64,000 nt of DNA from Selaginella moellendorffii. Its lineage: Eukaryota; Plantae; Lycopodiophyta. The stretch is from positions 2,053,046-2,117,045 of the forward strand of contig NW_003314262.1 in NCBI RefSeq assembly GCF_000143415.4. The letters are read 5' to 3'. Within the stretch, counting starts at the first letter, position 1. Each line of letters begins with the position of its first letter. Shown here one piece after another: positions 44,500 to 57,639 of this stretch. The translations under genes and the position numbers were made by a program. Below the pieces are notes generated by a model that did no database searches, was not told where the DNA came from, and worked only from the letters and a program-made list of their open reading frames with translations.

Positions 44500-47450
44500 G
44501 ATAAGAATCTTTGTATATTGAGCTTTAGTCACTATAGTTTACTGTGTCCACCACACATTATTGCTATCATGTCTCATTATTACTATGTCTAGCATTATTC
44601 CATATTTAGTAACTTTTCATAATTGTCCTAAAGATATGCTGAAATAATATTTGATTTCATTTAGCTCTGTTTTGCCTGCTAGTATTAGAATTATTCCAAT
44701 GTCGTTCTATGCTTGTTCAAGCTGTATATTCGAGAGTCATTTTGTGTTTAGATTCCTTTTCTCCTTAACTATATATTTGGGAGTTTAGTTTTATCCCAGC
44801 CTAAAACCTAAAACTCAAGTAAATTACCGTAGGGTAAAAGTTGAAAACAATATACACTCCTAGCATAAATTGTCTTTCTTTTTTATCAGTTATTATTAAA
44901 AAATGGCTTTTTTAATATTCAGTTTTTCCTTTCTCACTTTTTTTCTCTTTTATTTTTCTTATTTTCTCCTTATACCCTAATGCTTCAATATTGTTTTTGA
45001 AAGAGGGGCTAAAAGGGACAAATGGGCTTAGTGATGGAATAAGAATGAGCAACAACAATATTAGAGTAAGGATATATAGTACTAAAGAAACTAAATATTT
45101 CAATAATAAAGTGTAGTATGGATAAATTAAAAGATATATATGTGTCAAAATAGGTTAAAAAGACATTTTAAATATTTCTTTGTATACCTAGTCACTATAG
45201 TAAGTCTATACCTAACTTGCACCTGAGTCACTTTAGGCACTATGCTTAAGCTTTGATCCTACTGTAGACAGAAACTATTGGAAGAAATTATACTTTTCAC
45301 TCCTAGTAATATGTATCTAAACTTGAACTTTGATAGCAATAACTTTCCTTAAATCCCTATATCTCATTATACTTTTCTAGACTTCTAAACTATCAAACTT
45401 TTATGAACACTATTCTCCCAATCCTTCCAAATTATTTTAACTTATGGCTCCATAGACTTGGCTAAAATATGAGCACTCCACCAATACTAGTTATCTATCA
45501 GTGGCATCTTCTACATCCAATTTTACTACCATTTGACATCTTAAGAAGCTTGCACTGTGTGAGATGATCGGATGCATAAACCATATAAATAACTTCTTGA
45601 TTAAACATAGTTTATAGCTGCTCATCATACTCAAAACTTCCTAGAAAATCATATTTGATTTGTACATTTCTTTGAAGAGAAGCTTTAACTCCTGCAAAAA
45701 TACCTAAACAATGCACCTCTCCCTATAACTACACCTTCTACTGAAACATATCAAACTGGTAGAATCATGTTTGCCTTATTACTTGCATTTGAGCTTGAAT
45801 TTAGTATTCTCATGGTTAAAGCCCTATTTTTATGTTGTTTACTTTGTGCATAGTTGAAACCGTCCTAATGCAAGAATAATATTAGATTTCAACAATCCCC
45901 TTAAAAACTTTTTGGATGTGCAAAATAGTTGAAGCCACAATCTAGATATACCATATAGTGTAAATCATTCTCATCCATATATATGCTTTCATGTGGTTTT
46001 GACAGCATGTAATGTTTTGAAGACAGCTTAGGCATTATAGTTTATGCCTATGGTCTAAATTCTCCCTTGAATAAGTTATTTATATTCAAGAATTTTTTAT
46101 CCAAGAACCATATTTTATATATGTTTTCCATCAGTGGCATTGATGAATATTTGAAGCTTTGGCTTGGATAAAAAATTCTTGATATTGTTCTTGTCTCCAA
46201 TGCTACTATAGGAAAAAATATGGTTAAACATTTTTATGAATCTATTAATAATGTTCTTGATCCTTACCCCCAATAGCAATGATCATCAATATTTTATAAA
46301 TACTATTAAACTAGCTAGAGTGTGTGGATCTGAAAGCCATTGGATCTTCCCAAAATCCTTCTTAATGGGCCTCTATTTCCTCTTGTTTGAGTCACAACTC
46401 TAAAAGTTTAACTTGGCCCTTTGCATACACATTTCTTCAGCAAGTCTGGATATTATACACATCTCAAAACCATTGGAGAGAAAGAATAACCTCAAAATTC
46501 TACAATAGTTGTGATTGTCATTGAGAGAAAGGAGCTTGATAATGTTTTTTGTGTATAAATTAACTGGGTAGTTGCAACAACATTGATCTTGTAGTAACAA
46601 GAGTTAGAATTGGTTAAAATGAGTTAGCTAAAGAAGAAATCTATGAGGAGATTGTGTCTATAGAAGATATTGATCATTCAATCCTAATGGATGCATCAAT
46701 ATAGGAAGATAGAGTTTTATGATCACTACTAAAGGTATGCCAGCCTCGTAATATTTGATCGATTGGAACACCTGACTCGATGACCCCGGCTGGCAACTGA
46801 TGGGTTGTGGCGTCTCCAAGAGCACTCTTTGATCAAGGACATGTCTTTGAGGCAACACAAACAGGGATTTTTCAAGCTTTAGAATCCATGGTAGGGGTTT
46901 TAATGTTATATTGGACCAGTCAAGTGAGAAATTTAGAAATATCACTTACATCTAAACCTTTAAACAAGCTCTTGTAAAGACTCAGCTTACTTACAGTCTA
47001 TCCTTTTTATGTTTGCTTCTATAATAGTGTGAAGACGCCATAAACAGGGCAATTTCCTTGGGCCTTAGGTAGGAATCCATAGCATTCTAGGATGTGCTAG
47101 AGGATTAGCATCTATCTGTCTTCAGCTTCACTAATATTTGGCTCATTTGAGGGGATTACTAGAGACATAAGGGATACAAAGTAGACTAGCACTCAGGTTT
47201 TCAAAGGCAAAATATGTGGCATTAAAGGCCATTTCTTACCATCCCACTTGGAAATATTTATAGACATACGAAAAAGCCATCCTTTGTTCATCTTAGTGGA
47301 CCAAGTTCCAACAATTCATTTCTACTCATAACTTATTCAAGGGAGAATTCCCATCTACCAAATTAAGGTTTTTCCTTTTGCAAGCTTTTTAATCGCCATA
47401 TGGTTTAACATGGATAATTCCATATTTTAGACTCTCCATAGCATCATGGT
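44500..47450. mobile_element. Degenerate retrotransposon-derived AT-rich DNA (LTR fragment and gag-like scraps)
   Basis: 44535-44620 resembles 55277-55475 (TTGCTATCAT…GCAxTATTCCATATTTAGTAA); no intact ORF. Confidence 0.3.
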
Positions 47451-47574
47451 AGTTAACAACAACATGTGTGAGCACCCATTTGATTTTTTACTCCCAACTC
47501 GCATAACCACCCTTGGTTATTCCCATTGATTCTTATGGTTTGGTTCTATCCCTTTATTACTTACTTTTTGGCAT

Positions 47575-49690
47575 CATATGTTTCCTTCGGTTATTCTCTT
47601 CTATACTAGAAGGAATATGGAGCATAAGGTGCATTTGCGCAAAGTTCTTTTATTACTTCGAGACAGCAAACTTTATGCGAAGAAGAGCAAATGTGAATTT
47701 GCAAAATCAGAAGTGGAATATTTAGGCCATATTGTGACATCTAAGGGTGTCAAGACAGATCCAAGGAAGGTGGATGTGGTAGAAAACTAGCTTACACCGA
47801 CTATAGTGGCCAAGTTGCACAGTTTTCTTGGTATGGCTAGTTACTACTGCTATTTCCAACATAAATTTGCAGAGGTGGCTATTCCTTTGACGTGGTTGTT
47901 ATACAAGAATGTGCTATTCGAGTGGAAGAAGCCACAAAAGGAGAGTTTTGTGGCGTTGAAACGATTGTTAAATGAGACTCTAGTGCTTTGCATTGTTGAT
48001 CCATTGAAACTTTACGAGGTGACATGCGATGCGAGTGGTTATGCACTAGGAGGAGTTCTCATGCAAGAGGGACAACTTATTGCATATAAGAGTCGAACTT
48101 TGAATTTTGCAAAACAACACTATTCCACCTATGAATAAGAGTTACTCTCTATTATTCATGCTTTGCAGATGTGGTGGCACTATCTTTATAGTGCAGTGTT
48201 CATGGTGTTAACAGATTATAAACCCCTTGTATATCTTTTCACACAGAAGGAGTTGAACACTAGGCAAGTTCGTTGGATGGTCAAACTCATGGACTTTGAG
48301 GAGTTTCCTATTGAGCATCATCCGGGATAATCAAATGTGGTGGCAGATGCTTTCTCTTGTGTTCGTCATGTGATGACGTTACAAATACGATTTTGTCATC
48401 ATTTGAGTAAGGTGGTTAGCGAGTTTGGGCAGTTGGTTGAGCATGCTCAGGCTCAAGATGCTGAGGTGGCCTCTTTGTGAGACCAAATGGAAACCCCTTT
48501 CTCATTGGTGGATGGGATTCTCTATTACAATAGCCATGTATATTTGCCACGGGTGGATGCGTTAATTACTCAAGTTTTATTCCACTATCATGATCGTCCA
48601 GAGGTCGGTCTTTGGGGGGAAGAAGATGTATGAGTTGATTAAGCGCAACTTTTATTGGAGGAATATGAAGGCTAATATCGTAAATCATGCGAGCTTTATC
48701 AGCGGGTTAAGGTGCCACGGGAGAAGCCAAGGGGACTTTTGCAACCTTTACTTATTCTTCAGAGTTGTTAGTGTAGTATCTCTATGGACTTCATCACTTG
48801 TTTGCCACGAACACAAAGGCAAAATGAGCAAGTATAGGTCATAGTGGATCAGTTGATGAAGTATGTGTAGTTGTTGGCTCTTCGAAAGAATGTCAGTGCC
48901 TCAAACTTGGCTTCAGTTTACTTGGAGAAGGTTTTTCTTGATTTTGGTTTGCCAGAGGACATCATTAGTGATTGAGATTCAAAGTTCACCAGTGGATTTT
49001 GAAAAAGTTTTGCAAAGGCTATGCAAGTGATTTTGAAACTCTCGAGTGGAGATCATCCTCAGACGGATGGGCAAACCAAGCGTGTGAATTAGGTGGTGGA
49101 GGATATGCTACGTTGTAGCATTGGTCAAAGGCAAGGACAGTAGGATCTATATTTTCTATTGGTGCAATTTGCTTACAACAATAGCCACACAGTGGAACCA
49201 AGCTAAGTCTTTATTTTGCCATGTTTGGAAGGCATCCTCGAATAGCGGTGGAGTTGGGATTGCATTTGAGTAAGGACGTTCAAGATAAGCTTGATTCTGT
49301 GGCAACTGATCTAGCCACAGAACTTGATGAGATTCTGGTGGTGTGCAAACGGAATTTGCAAGCAGCTCAAGATAGAGCGGAGAAGTTTGCCCATGAGCAT
49401 CACCAATTCCGGGAATATAAGGTCAGTGATCTCGTCTTTGTGTGAGTGATTTTTCTGTCAAGTGAGCAGTGGAACACCTTAGTGCCTTTATGGACAGGGA
49501 AGAGTGATAAACTTTCCTATCGCTATGCTAGTCCATATGAAGTGCTGAAGTGCATTGGTAAAGCGGCTTATCGGGTGCAGCTGCCAATTGGGGTGAAAAT
49601 TCATCTGGTATTTTATGTTAGCCAATTGAAAGGTGTACTATCTCGAAGTGATGGACCCAATGCTTCCTTGATGTATACGGCTGTGGAAGA
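47575..49690 (+). mobile_element. Degenerate Ty3/Gypsy pol (RT C-terminus, RNase H, integrase)
   Basis: EHKVHLRKVL…LYAKKSKCEFAKSEVEYLGHIV; SFLGMASYY; VTCDASGYALGGVLMQEG; ISMDFITCLP; IISD*DSKFTS; HPQTDGQTKRVN; GKAAYRVQLP…IHLVFYVSQLK; many stops. Confidence 0.92.
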
Positions 49691-49779
49691 TGGACCAGGA
49701 CAAAAAGAATGGCCAATCTTCTTCTCATGGTAAGTCAGATACTAAAAAGTTGCAAACTTTGCAGTGTGAGGATGACGAG

Positions 49780-51180
49780 AACAACTATTCCAGTCGGGAT
49801 AAGAGTGGATATATCATTTTGATTAATATTTCACAATCATGGAGATTCCAAAGTGGAAATGAGTCCCTTTTGCATCTATAAACTTGAAGGGCTTGGATTC
49901 AGACTGACACTATCCTATATATATATAAAGCAATATAAAGTGACCCAATCATGGGAAGATTTCAAAATTTTTCTTGTAGAGGAGTTTGTGTTGACAATGG
50001 TGGTGGATCTCCTTTTAACAAGCTTTGCACACTTTGCTATGTGCAACAGTTTTATTCACTGTAAAAATTTAATGAAGCATGGTTGAAATTGAAGTTTGAT
50101 GTTCAGAAAGTGCCAAAGGACACTCTCATACACTATTATATTTTTTTGTTGCCTACTAGCATAAGGTTGGACATTACTATCATGCCATACAGCTTGCCTT
50201 AAACATAGATATCAAATTTTAATATGTGGAGACTCAATTACCTTTATGGAATGATCTGTCATGTCAGAGTCATATCAATGGAACAATAGACCACCAATAG
50301 CAGTTGCTCAAAGGACTCCTTTATGCCCATTTCTTTGTGCTTCCTACATTGATAGAATGAATAAGGAAAGTAAGGAAAGGGCTTTGATTATGGATGTTTC
50401 TAGTTCCAAGAACATTTGGGAAGTGTGTCTGTCAAGGATTACCAATCAAAAGAAAAGTGGCTCTAATTCACTTGCAAGAAGACAAGGAAGGTATATTATT
50501 TCTATATTCTATCGAGTAGTTGGATACTCAATGGAGCATCTTCGTTTTGGAGGCTAAAACACCACTTAGTGAAGAGGTGGAGGAGGATCATAATAGGTAT
50601 GGGGACAAAACCATGATATCTATTTCCCTGCATGCATTTGTGGGGAAAGTTCATACATTGTACCTATGTGTTAAAGTCAAGGTAGGATTCAAAGAGGCAT
50701 CCAGAGTATCATACATGTTCATCAATTATTGTTCACTTCATAAATTCAACTTTAACCTAGTGAACTCCTTTGGCCATTAGCCACCTCCACAAGTATTGAC
50801 TTAGGGGTGGAGCTGTAATAGGGTAGAATATAGTGCACTCAAAAAGTCATTTTATTACCTTTAGTATACTTAGTAGGTAGGTTTTTATATTCTTAAGGGT
50901 ATGTTTTATATTTTAATAGGTATACTTAGGGGTAAATAAAACCCTTCTGAACATAGAAGTTTATTGTCATTTACATAGAGTGAACTCCCTAGGGTTGATA
51001 GGGGAATTGCAAAATAGAAGTTTAATGTGCTTTGCAAGTGGGGAGGATACCAAATAAAGGGGATTTTCCATGTCCTTGACATAAGAGTTATAGACATCAT
51101 TCTTGATGTTAACATCTTTGAAATATTGGAAAACATCATGGTTAACTTTGACAACTAGTGGAATTCTTTTTTCTGGCTAG
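49780..51180 (+). mobile_element. Degenerate Gypsy gag/protease remnant
   Basis: WEDFKIFLVEEF (gag-like) and ISLHAFVG…MFINYCSLHKF (degenerate ISLHALxG…LIDSGSTHNF protease motif). Confidence 0.45.
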
Positions 51181-51436
51181 GTTATTAGCACATGAATGAG
51201 TATTAGGTTTTCTCTTGATGGTATGCTTTATATGTGATGGCTGGATTAGTTTAAGATGACGTGATGGGATGGTTGAGGCTTATATAAATATTACTACCAA
51301 GGATGAAATGAGACTATGGAAAAAATAGCGAAGTTAACAAGTGGGTTAACTTAGCAACTCAATGTTCACACTTAGTAGCTTGGGTTGGAGAATTTATAGT
51401 TTATCACCACTTATTGGGATTTCATAAAGGGGACAA

Positions 51437-51540
51437 TGTGTAATTTGAACTGCCAATCTAGCATTTGAAAATTCCAATTAGCACATTTTTGAGTGCTAAT
51501 TGCGACTTTCAAATGCCAAATTGGCTGTTCAAATTACACA
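51437..51540. repeat. 104-bp near-perfect palindrome (~48-bp arms, 8-nt loop)
   Basis: TGTGTAATTTGAACTGCCAATCTAGCATTTGAAAATTCCAATTAGCAC / GTGCTAATTGCGACTTTCAAATGCCAAATTGGCTGTTCAAATTACACA. Confidence 0.88.
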
Positions 51541-53241
51541 CTAGAAGGGGAGATCTAATCCAACTTGTAAAGAATAAACTTTCCATGGAAAGGCCTCGAG
51601 AAGCATGCAATGGGCAATCATGGACCCAAGGAGGAAAAAGTAGGTGAGGACTTGAAGACAATAGTAAAAATGAAAGTGGGAAGAAGTAGTGAAGAAAATA
51701 GTTGTGTCATCAGCACACTTGGATAAATAGAAAGTTTTTTCTATAGTGAATGACTATAATGAATGACTGTAAACCAAATGCTTTCCACAAGACCTTCTAC
51801 CACTAAAGCTTTCATTTGGCTAGATCAAGAAGAGTGTTAACATATTGATGAGATGGTAGAAGACAGTTTTGCCTATTATTGTGGGTTTGATGCTAATCAT
51901 TCCATGGAATATTTAGACTAAGTTTTGCCAACATCATATCCACAATTTTCAAAGTTTTTGGCAAAAGTATTAGAGGTGGTCTTACAATACATAGTATAGC
52001 TTATCATCAAGTTATTAAAAAGGTGATCTAGTGTTGGTGAAGTTTCTTCACCTTCTATTGCCTTGGTGGATTGGACTATATTGAGTAGAAAATTAACTTG
52101 ATTTATAATTTTTATCAATTGGTGGATGGACAATATCATTTTTAACATATGGTGTATGTTTAGCCATTCCATCAAATAATACTTGAGGGGGGAGTAGTGT
52201 GAGGTCACTATGTATGGTATATGTATATATCATATAGATAAAATTAGCTTGGCTAATTTGGGTTAATTCATCAATGCAATCTGAACCACCACTTGTTTGT
52301 ACAAGTATAAGACTCTAGTAATCTAAAGATAGGTTACACAACTAGATTATCATATCCAATTAGTGCATGATTTCCTAATTAGATATTTATAATTTTAAAT
52401 GGTTATGGAAAGATAAATCTGAAATATAAATTAGTAATTAAAATTGTAATAATTAATTTACAATATAATATTTAAATAAATATAAAACTTTAAAATAATT
52501 TCTAATTTCCATATTTTATATTTCAGATTTTAAAATAAAATATAAAATAATAAAATATAATATGTCTTTATTAATATTATAAACTAAATTTATCGGTATT
52601 TACTTAACAAAATTTTTCTTAATACAAGAATTAAATAAATTTTTGTTGAAAAAAATGTTATAGATAGTATAATATATAAATAAAATAAGATAAATTTCTT
52701 AAAATAAAATACTTTATTTATTTTTTAATTTAAAATTTCTGAAAATTATGTACATTTTAAACTTATACTAGTTTTTATCACATTTTATTTATAATAATTT
52801 TGAATATAAATTGTTTTTATTTTTAAATTAATATATTCTAATATAGTTTTTATTACTAAAATATCTTTAGAAAATAAACCAACTAGCAAGATGTATATGA
52901 ATTCCATACATTTGNNNNNNNNNNNNNNNNNNNNNNNNNNNNNNNNNNNNNNNNNNNNNNNNNNNNNNNNNNNNNNNNNNNNNNNNNNNNNNNNNNNNNN
53001 NNNNNNNNNNNNNNTATATGTATATAAAACTAAATTGCAATCATAACTTAAATATATATATGCCTTATGATTTAAAGACATTAAAAAATGTGTTGAGAGT
53101 AGATATTGATGTGGCATATTAGTATACCCACTCATTAAGATACTTGAAAATGTGTTGCATTCATAATTTAAATTTTCAAGGACAATATTTTGTTGTCGAT
53201 GAGAAATATAATTTTTAACAAAATAATAGATGATAAAATTG

Positions 53242-53658
53242 TCAGTCTTTATTATTAGAAATGAAGCTGCAAAAGTTTATAATTTCAATACTAGAACGAT
53301 GCATAATATAATTTAATGAATCTCTAATGATAGATCCTACATTGACACCACCTCCATTTTCTACACTAGAAAGTTCTCTAATTGTTTCTAAAATAAAAAT
53401 ACCATATCCAATATAAGTAGTACTTCTATCTGGATTTGTAATTAATAAAGGTCCATGTAAACTTTGATCATGTGGGAATGCATCATTTGGTATAGAATTG
53501 ATTGCGTTTTGAATAACATTTATTATTGTATGCGTTACTTCTTCACTAAGAACATCATAATCACCAGCTTCATAACGAATACTTTGAGTTATAATTACCA
53601 TTAATATTAATATTAATATTAATAAATTAAAAATATACAATATCAAATATTTTCTCAT
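53242..53658 (-). CDS. Hypothetical 138-aa secreted protein (no family recognised)
   Basis: Uninterrupted ORF in very AT-rich DNA; N-terminal MRK + hydrophobic core + TQS signal peptide; TATAAAA ~30-35 bp upstream of the ATG. Confidence 0.45.
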   Translation of the reverse strand: MRKYLILYIFNLLILILILMVIITQSIRYEAGDYDVLSEEVTHTIINVIQNAINSIPNDAFPHDQSLHGPLLITNPDRSTTYIGYGIFILETIRELSSVENGGGVNVGSIIRDSLNYIMHRSSIEIINFCSFISNNKD

Positions 53659-53857
53659 TACATTGAATTCTTCTAGGGTTCTATAGTTTTATAACTGCTA
53701 AACTTAATGAATAGTAAAATTTGAAAACTCATTGACGAAGTTTTTTATTTAAAAATAATAATCAAGTAGTGATTAATCTATAACCAAAACTTTAAGTTCT
53801 AAGATACTAGAATTATAAATTTTATTATCTTATTTTAATAATATTTAAATTATTATT

Positions 53858-54432
53858 TATAAGTGTATTGAATATGGAAATGAAATATAAAATGTGCATA
53901 TCAATAAGCCTAAAAAACCATAACTTATATATATAAATGAGTGGTCCAAATTAAAACCAATCCAATGGCTATTAAAATCCCACTATGCTAATATTAGTAT
54001 ACAACATTATCACTGACACTTGGACTTTACATCATCCCCTTCTATTAAAAGGATGGAAGGCAATTAAAGTTCTCTAGTTGATGGGCTAGAATTTAAAGGA
54101 ATATTAAGAGGAGACATAGATGGATGTATAGGTGGTGCCAATTATTCGTAACCCCTTTATATGAAGTGCTTTAGTTATTACATATGGATAATTTTTAAAT
54201 GAATGACTTATTAAACATCATGCCAAATTTTATAAACTTGTAGTTCAACTTGCCACAACACTTAATACAGTTCTTTCCATTAAGCAAGGAGCCCCTTAAA
54301 TAAACTATGTAATATAAAATTGCAAAAACAAATTAATACTAAGTCATCCATTTCATACTTTATAGATGGATTATGATAGGAGTTGTAGTGCCATTATTAT
54401 CCCATTTATATGTGGCCTAATGTGAGACATAA
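53858..54432 (-). mobile_element. 3' end (3' LTR 53858-54031, PPT, integrase tail) of a second copy of the short-LTR Gypsy family
   Basis: Reverse complement TGTAAAGTCCAAGTG…TGGGATTTTAATAGCCATTGGATT matches the LTRs at 3662 and 6654; 54032-54432 matches ~6265-6650; cut by an N gap. Confidence 0.82.
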
Positions 54433-54532
54433 NNNNNNNNNNNNNNNNNNNNNNNNNNNNNNNNNNNNNNNNNNNNNNNNNNNNNNNNNNNNNNNNNNNN
54501 NNNNNNNNNNNNNNNNNNNNNNNNNNNNNNNN

Positions 54533-54988
54533 GACCAAAACCTCCAACCCAGAAAGTTAAGAATGGGAGTGGAACTCTAAACAAAGTGCTTGAGGAATGA
54601 GTATGAAGTGATTGATGAATGAGTCTCTAGAAGGGGATAAAAGAAGTACTGACACATGGCAAAGTGTCATGACACATGGAAGTGTTGGGGCCAAGTCTGA
54701 GATGGAGTCCATGAAGAAGTCCGAGATGGAGTCCAAGAAGGAGTCTCAAATGATGTCTAAGGAGTCCGAGATGGAGTTCAAAATAGGTCTGAAATGGAGT
54801 TTGAGACAAAAGTGAGGCCAAGACCGAGTGTTGTAGGATGTTCCAAAGTGAAGTAGGGAATGTGTGGAGGTTGGACTCCATTAGAACCAATTTGGCTAGA
54901 AAAGGATAATGTGACTTAAGAAGGTGTCGCATGTGGAAGTTGGACTCCATTAGAACCAATTTGGCTAGAAAAGGATAATGTGACTTAA
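54533..54988 (-). mobile_element. Fragment of the microsatellite-containing long-LTR family, with a ~57-bp internal duplication
   Basis: GAGATGGAGTCC repeats and flanks match 58245-58600; GTTGGACTCCATTAGAACCAATTTGGCTAGAAAAGGATAATGTGACTTAA occurs twice. Confidence 0.7.
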
Positions 54989-57630
54989 TGTGACTTTGGG
55001 TATTGAAAGATATTTATTAGCTAGTCCTTACGGACACTCTTTCTTTACTGCTATGATGGTAGGAGGTTGATATTGTTGGTTCCTTTTCTGGTCTCCACCC
55101 AAGCTAGTTGAGAAGCTAGTCATTCTATGTGCACTTGACTAAATGAGCATAAGGACAAAATTCTTAAACGCTATTTGTCAAGCATACTTGACTTGGTTAG
55201 AGAAACTCATTTGCTGACTTGCACTTGCTAGTGTTGGGAACCCCCTCGATATTGAGTCCCTCAATATCGTTACATGATAGCTTACTATATCTGCTAAACA
55301 CCTTTGCTATCATACCCTTTGTATTGGTCTCATTTCGTTCTATTGGTTAATTATGGAAAGTGTCTAGATTTGCTAATTTGGCATATCTACAGAATGTATA
55401 GATTAGCCTGAACATAGTGGTATTCATCCCATGTCTAAATTCGCAATTTAGCACTATTCCATATTTAGTAAGTTTCGAGTTAGTCCCGGAGACTAACTCC
55501 TAGTACTAAGGGAAGCTTGGGGTGAAAGCCCAAAGCATTTGGCTTCTGCTGGGTTGTGTTGTTCCTTGTTTTGCATCTAGCTTGAGTCTAAGACCAAGCT
55601 CCATACTGCTCTAGTTAATGGGGTACCCTCCTCCTCGCGTTAGGTCACTGGTATACCAAAATCATGCCAGACATTGTCTGACACCATTTTGCATGTAGGT
55701 GCTGGATACGGGGAGCTAGTGGTCGTGGGATTGTACTGGACCCTCGTTTCATAGTGCGATGGGCTTAGAGTTTGGCTCTAAATTTAGGTGTGTTACATTT
55801 GGTATTAGAGAGCATTGTCTCAACAATTCCTATCCAACTTTTGTCGGGATTTCTGACTCAAGTTACATACATAGAGACTTTTTTAGTAGATCTGAAGCGA
55901 CTTATGTAGGATTAGTGAGACTACACCATTTGGTAAGAACGTTGTATGCATGTTCAATTACTGATAGAGGCGTGCATGCAGCTGGCAGGATGGTAAAAAG
56001 GAACCATGTTGATGATGTTGAAACCTCTAGATGGGCGAATTGAGAGGAAGAAACTTCTACTAGAGATGTTGTAGAAGAAGTAAAAGCTGAGTCAAGAAAA
56101 GGAATAAAGAAGCTGAGGTAGCTAAACCAACTAAACCTAAGCAATCAAACTCCTCTTCAAGTTCTAAGGATGATGAAGTTCTACAACTAACCCCGATTGC
56201 ATTTCAAACCTCCAAAACCACCCAATTTTAGAGGTATACAGAACTATCAGGTTTTGGAAGATTGGGTCTACGATATGGAAAACTATTTCATAGCAGTAGA
56301 TGTAGATGATTGTATGAAAGTTGTATGCATGCAATTCTTTCTCACCGATCATGCAAAAACTTGGTAGCACCAAATGTGTGTTGAAAAAAAGCAGCTAGAA
56401 GTTGGACCAAGATGCAATCTCATATCCGTAAGGAATACTTGCTGGATGATCTTAGTCTGAGACTTCATGCAGAGCTGTGGTGGTTGAAGCAATGAGGGGA
56501 CATTATACATTACGTTAATGTGTTTGCTCAGAAGTGCATTATGATTGCAAATATGAATGATGAAGATGCTCGAAGTTATTTCTTGGAAGGTTTAAGTTCA
56601 CTTTCTCGTAATGAGAGTTTGAAGTTTAAGTTGAAGACATATCTGGAGTGTAAGGAGGCAGCATAGGAAGTTGCCTTTAGTCACTCACTCATAGAACAGT
56701 ATCAGCAGCCATATACTGGTACCTCGGACAAGAATAAGAACTCTAGGAATAAAGAAGGTGATTGGAAAAAGAGGGTGGAAGGAAGGTTCCACTCTGGAGG
56801 CTCACAAGCAATGATTAACAAAGGTGGTGGTGGTTGGTGACCACCAGCAGTTTCTTCTGGTCCTAGGTCCTCTATTCCTCCTTTTGGTGGATACAAGCAA
56901 CAATAACTTGCGAAACCTGCTCCTAGTGGAATGGGTAGTGTGGGTCATTGCTTCCATTGTGGAGAGTCAAGATATAGGTCCTTAGAATGTCCCAACAAGC
57001 ATAAGACAAAGTCTTGTTAATGTCATGAGGGAAGACAGTGGTGGTGAAGCTAAAGGGGTTGATGAGTTGGTCAATGCAAACTATCAGGAAGAGGAGGTGA
57101 GTTACTTTCATTACTGTCCTCAAGCTTTTCTCACAGTCAATGCAAACACTGATTTGTTGATGTATCTGGTAGGCTTTGTTTGCAAATACCGAATTCGAGT
57201 GATGATTGATACGAGAGCTACGCATAATGTGATATTTGAAGACTTAGTTAAGTTGTTAAGATTGAATGCTGAGCAGATGTTGCCCATACACTTTTGGTTT
57301 GTAGAAGGTGGGCAAGTAGTTAGAAAATTTATGAGTGATATTCCAATAAAAATATCCAAGTGGAAAGAAAAGGTGGACTTGCTAGTGTTGAAGATACTAG
57401 ATTTTCAGATGGTGTTTGGTATGGATTTTTTTAATAAATATATTAAAAGGATTTATGGTGCTAGACAAAGTTGCATCACATTGAATTTAAAAGGGCATCC
57501 CAATGTGTCCTTCTAATTGCAAAAGCACTCCTCAAAGGATTGGGATGCTAAGTTCCTGATGAGAGTTGCTCGAAAAGCAGATAAGAAGGGATGTTGGACA
57601 TTTTGGGTTTAAGTGATGGAAGCTGAGGGT
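54989..57630 (+). mobile_element. 5'-half Ty3/Gypsy element: ~810-bp LTR, PBS, degenerate gag and protease
   Basis: LTR TGTGACTTT…GGTGTGTTACA (54989-55797, start approximate); PBS TGGTATTAGAG (tRNA-iMet type); zinc knuckle CFHCG…ECP at ~56949; protease VMIDTRATHN…MVFGMDFF. Confidence 0.8.
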
Positions 57631-57639
57631 GTTGATGGT

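Noticed and set aside
52785-53135. 116-aa ORF
   Set aside because: Open only because it spans a 100-N assembly gap
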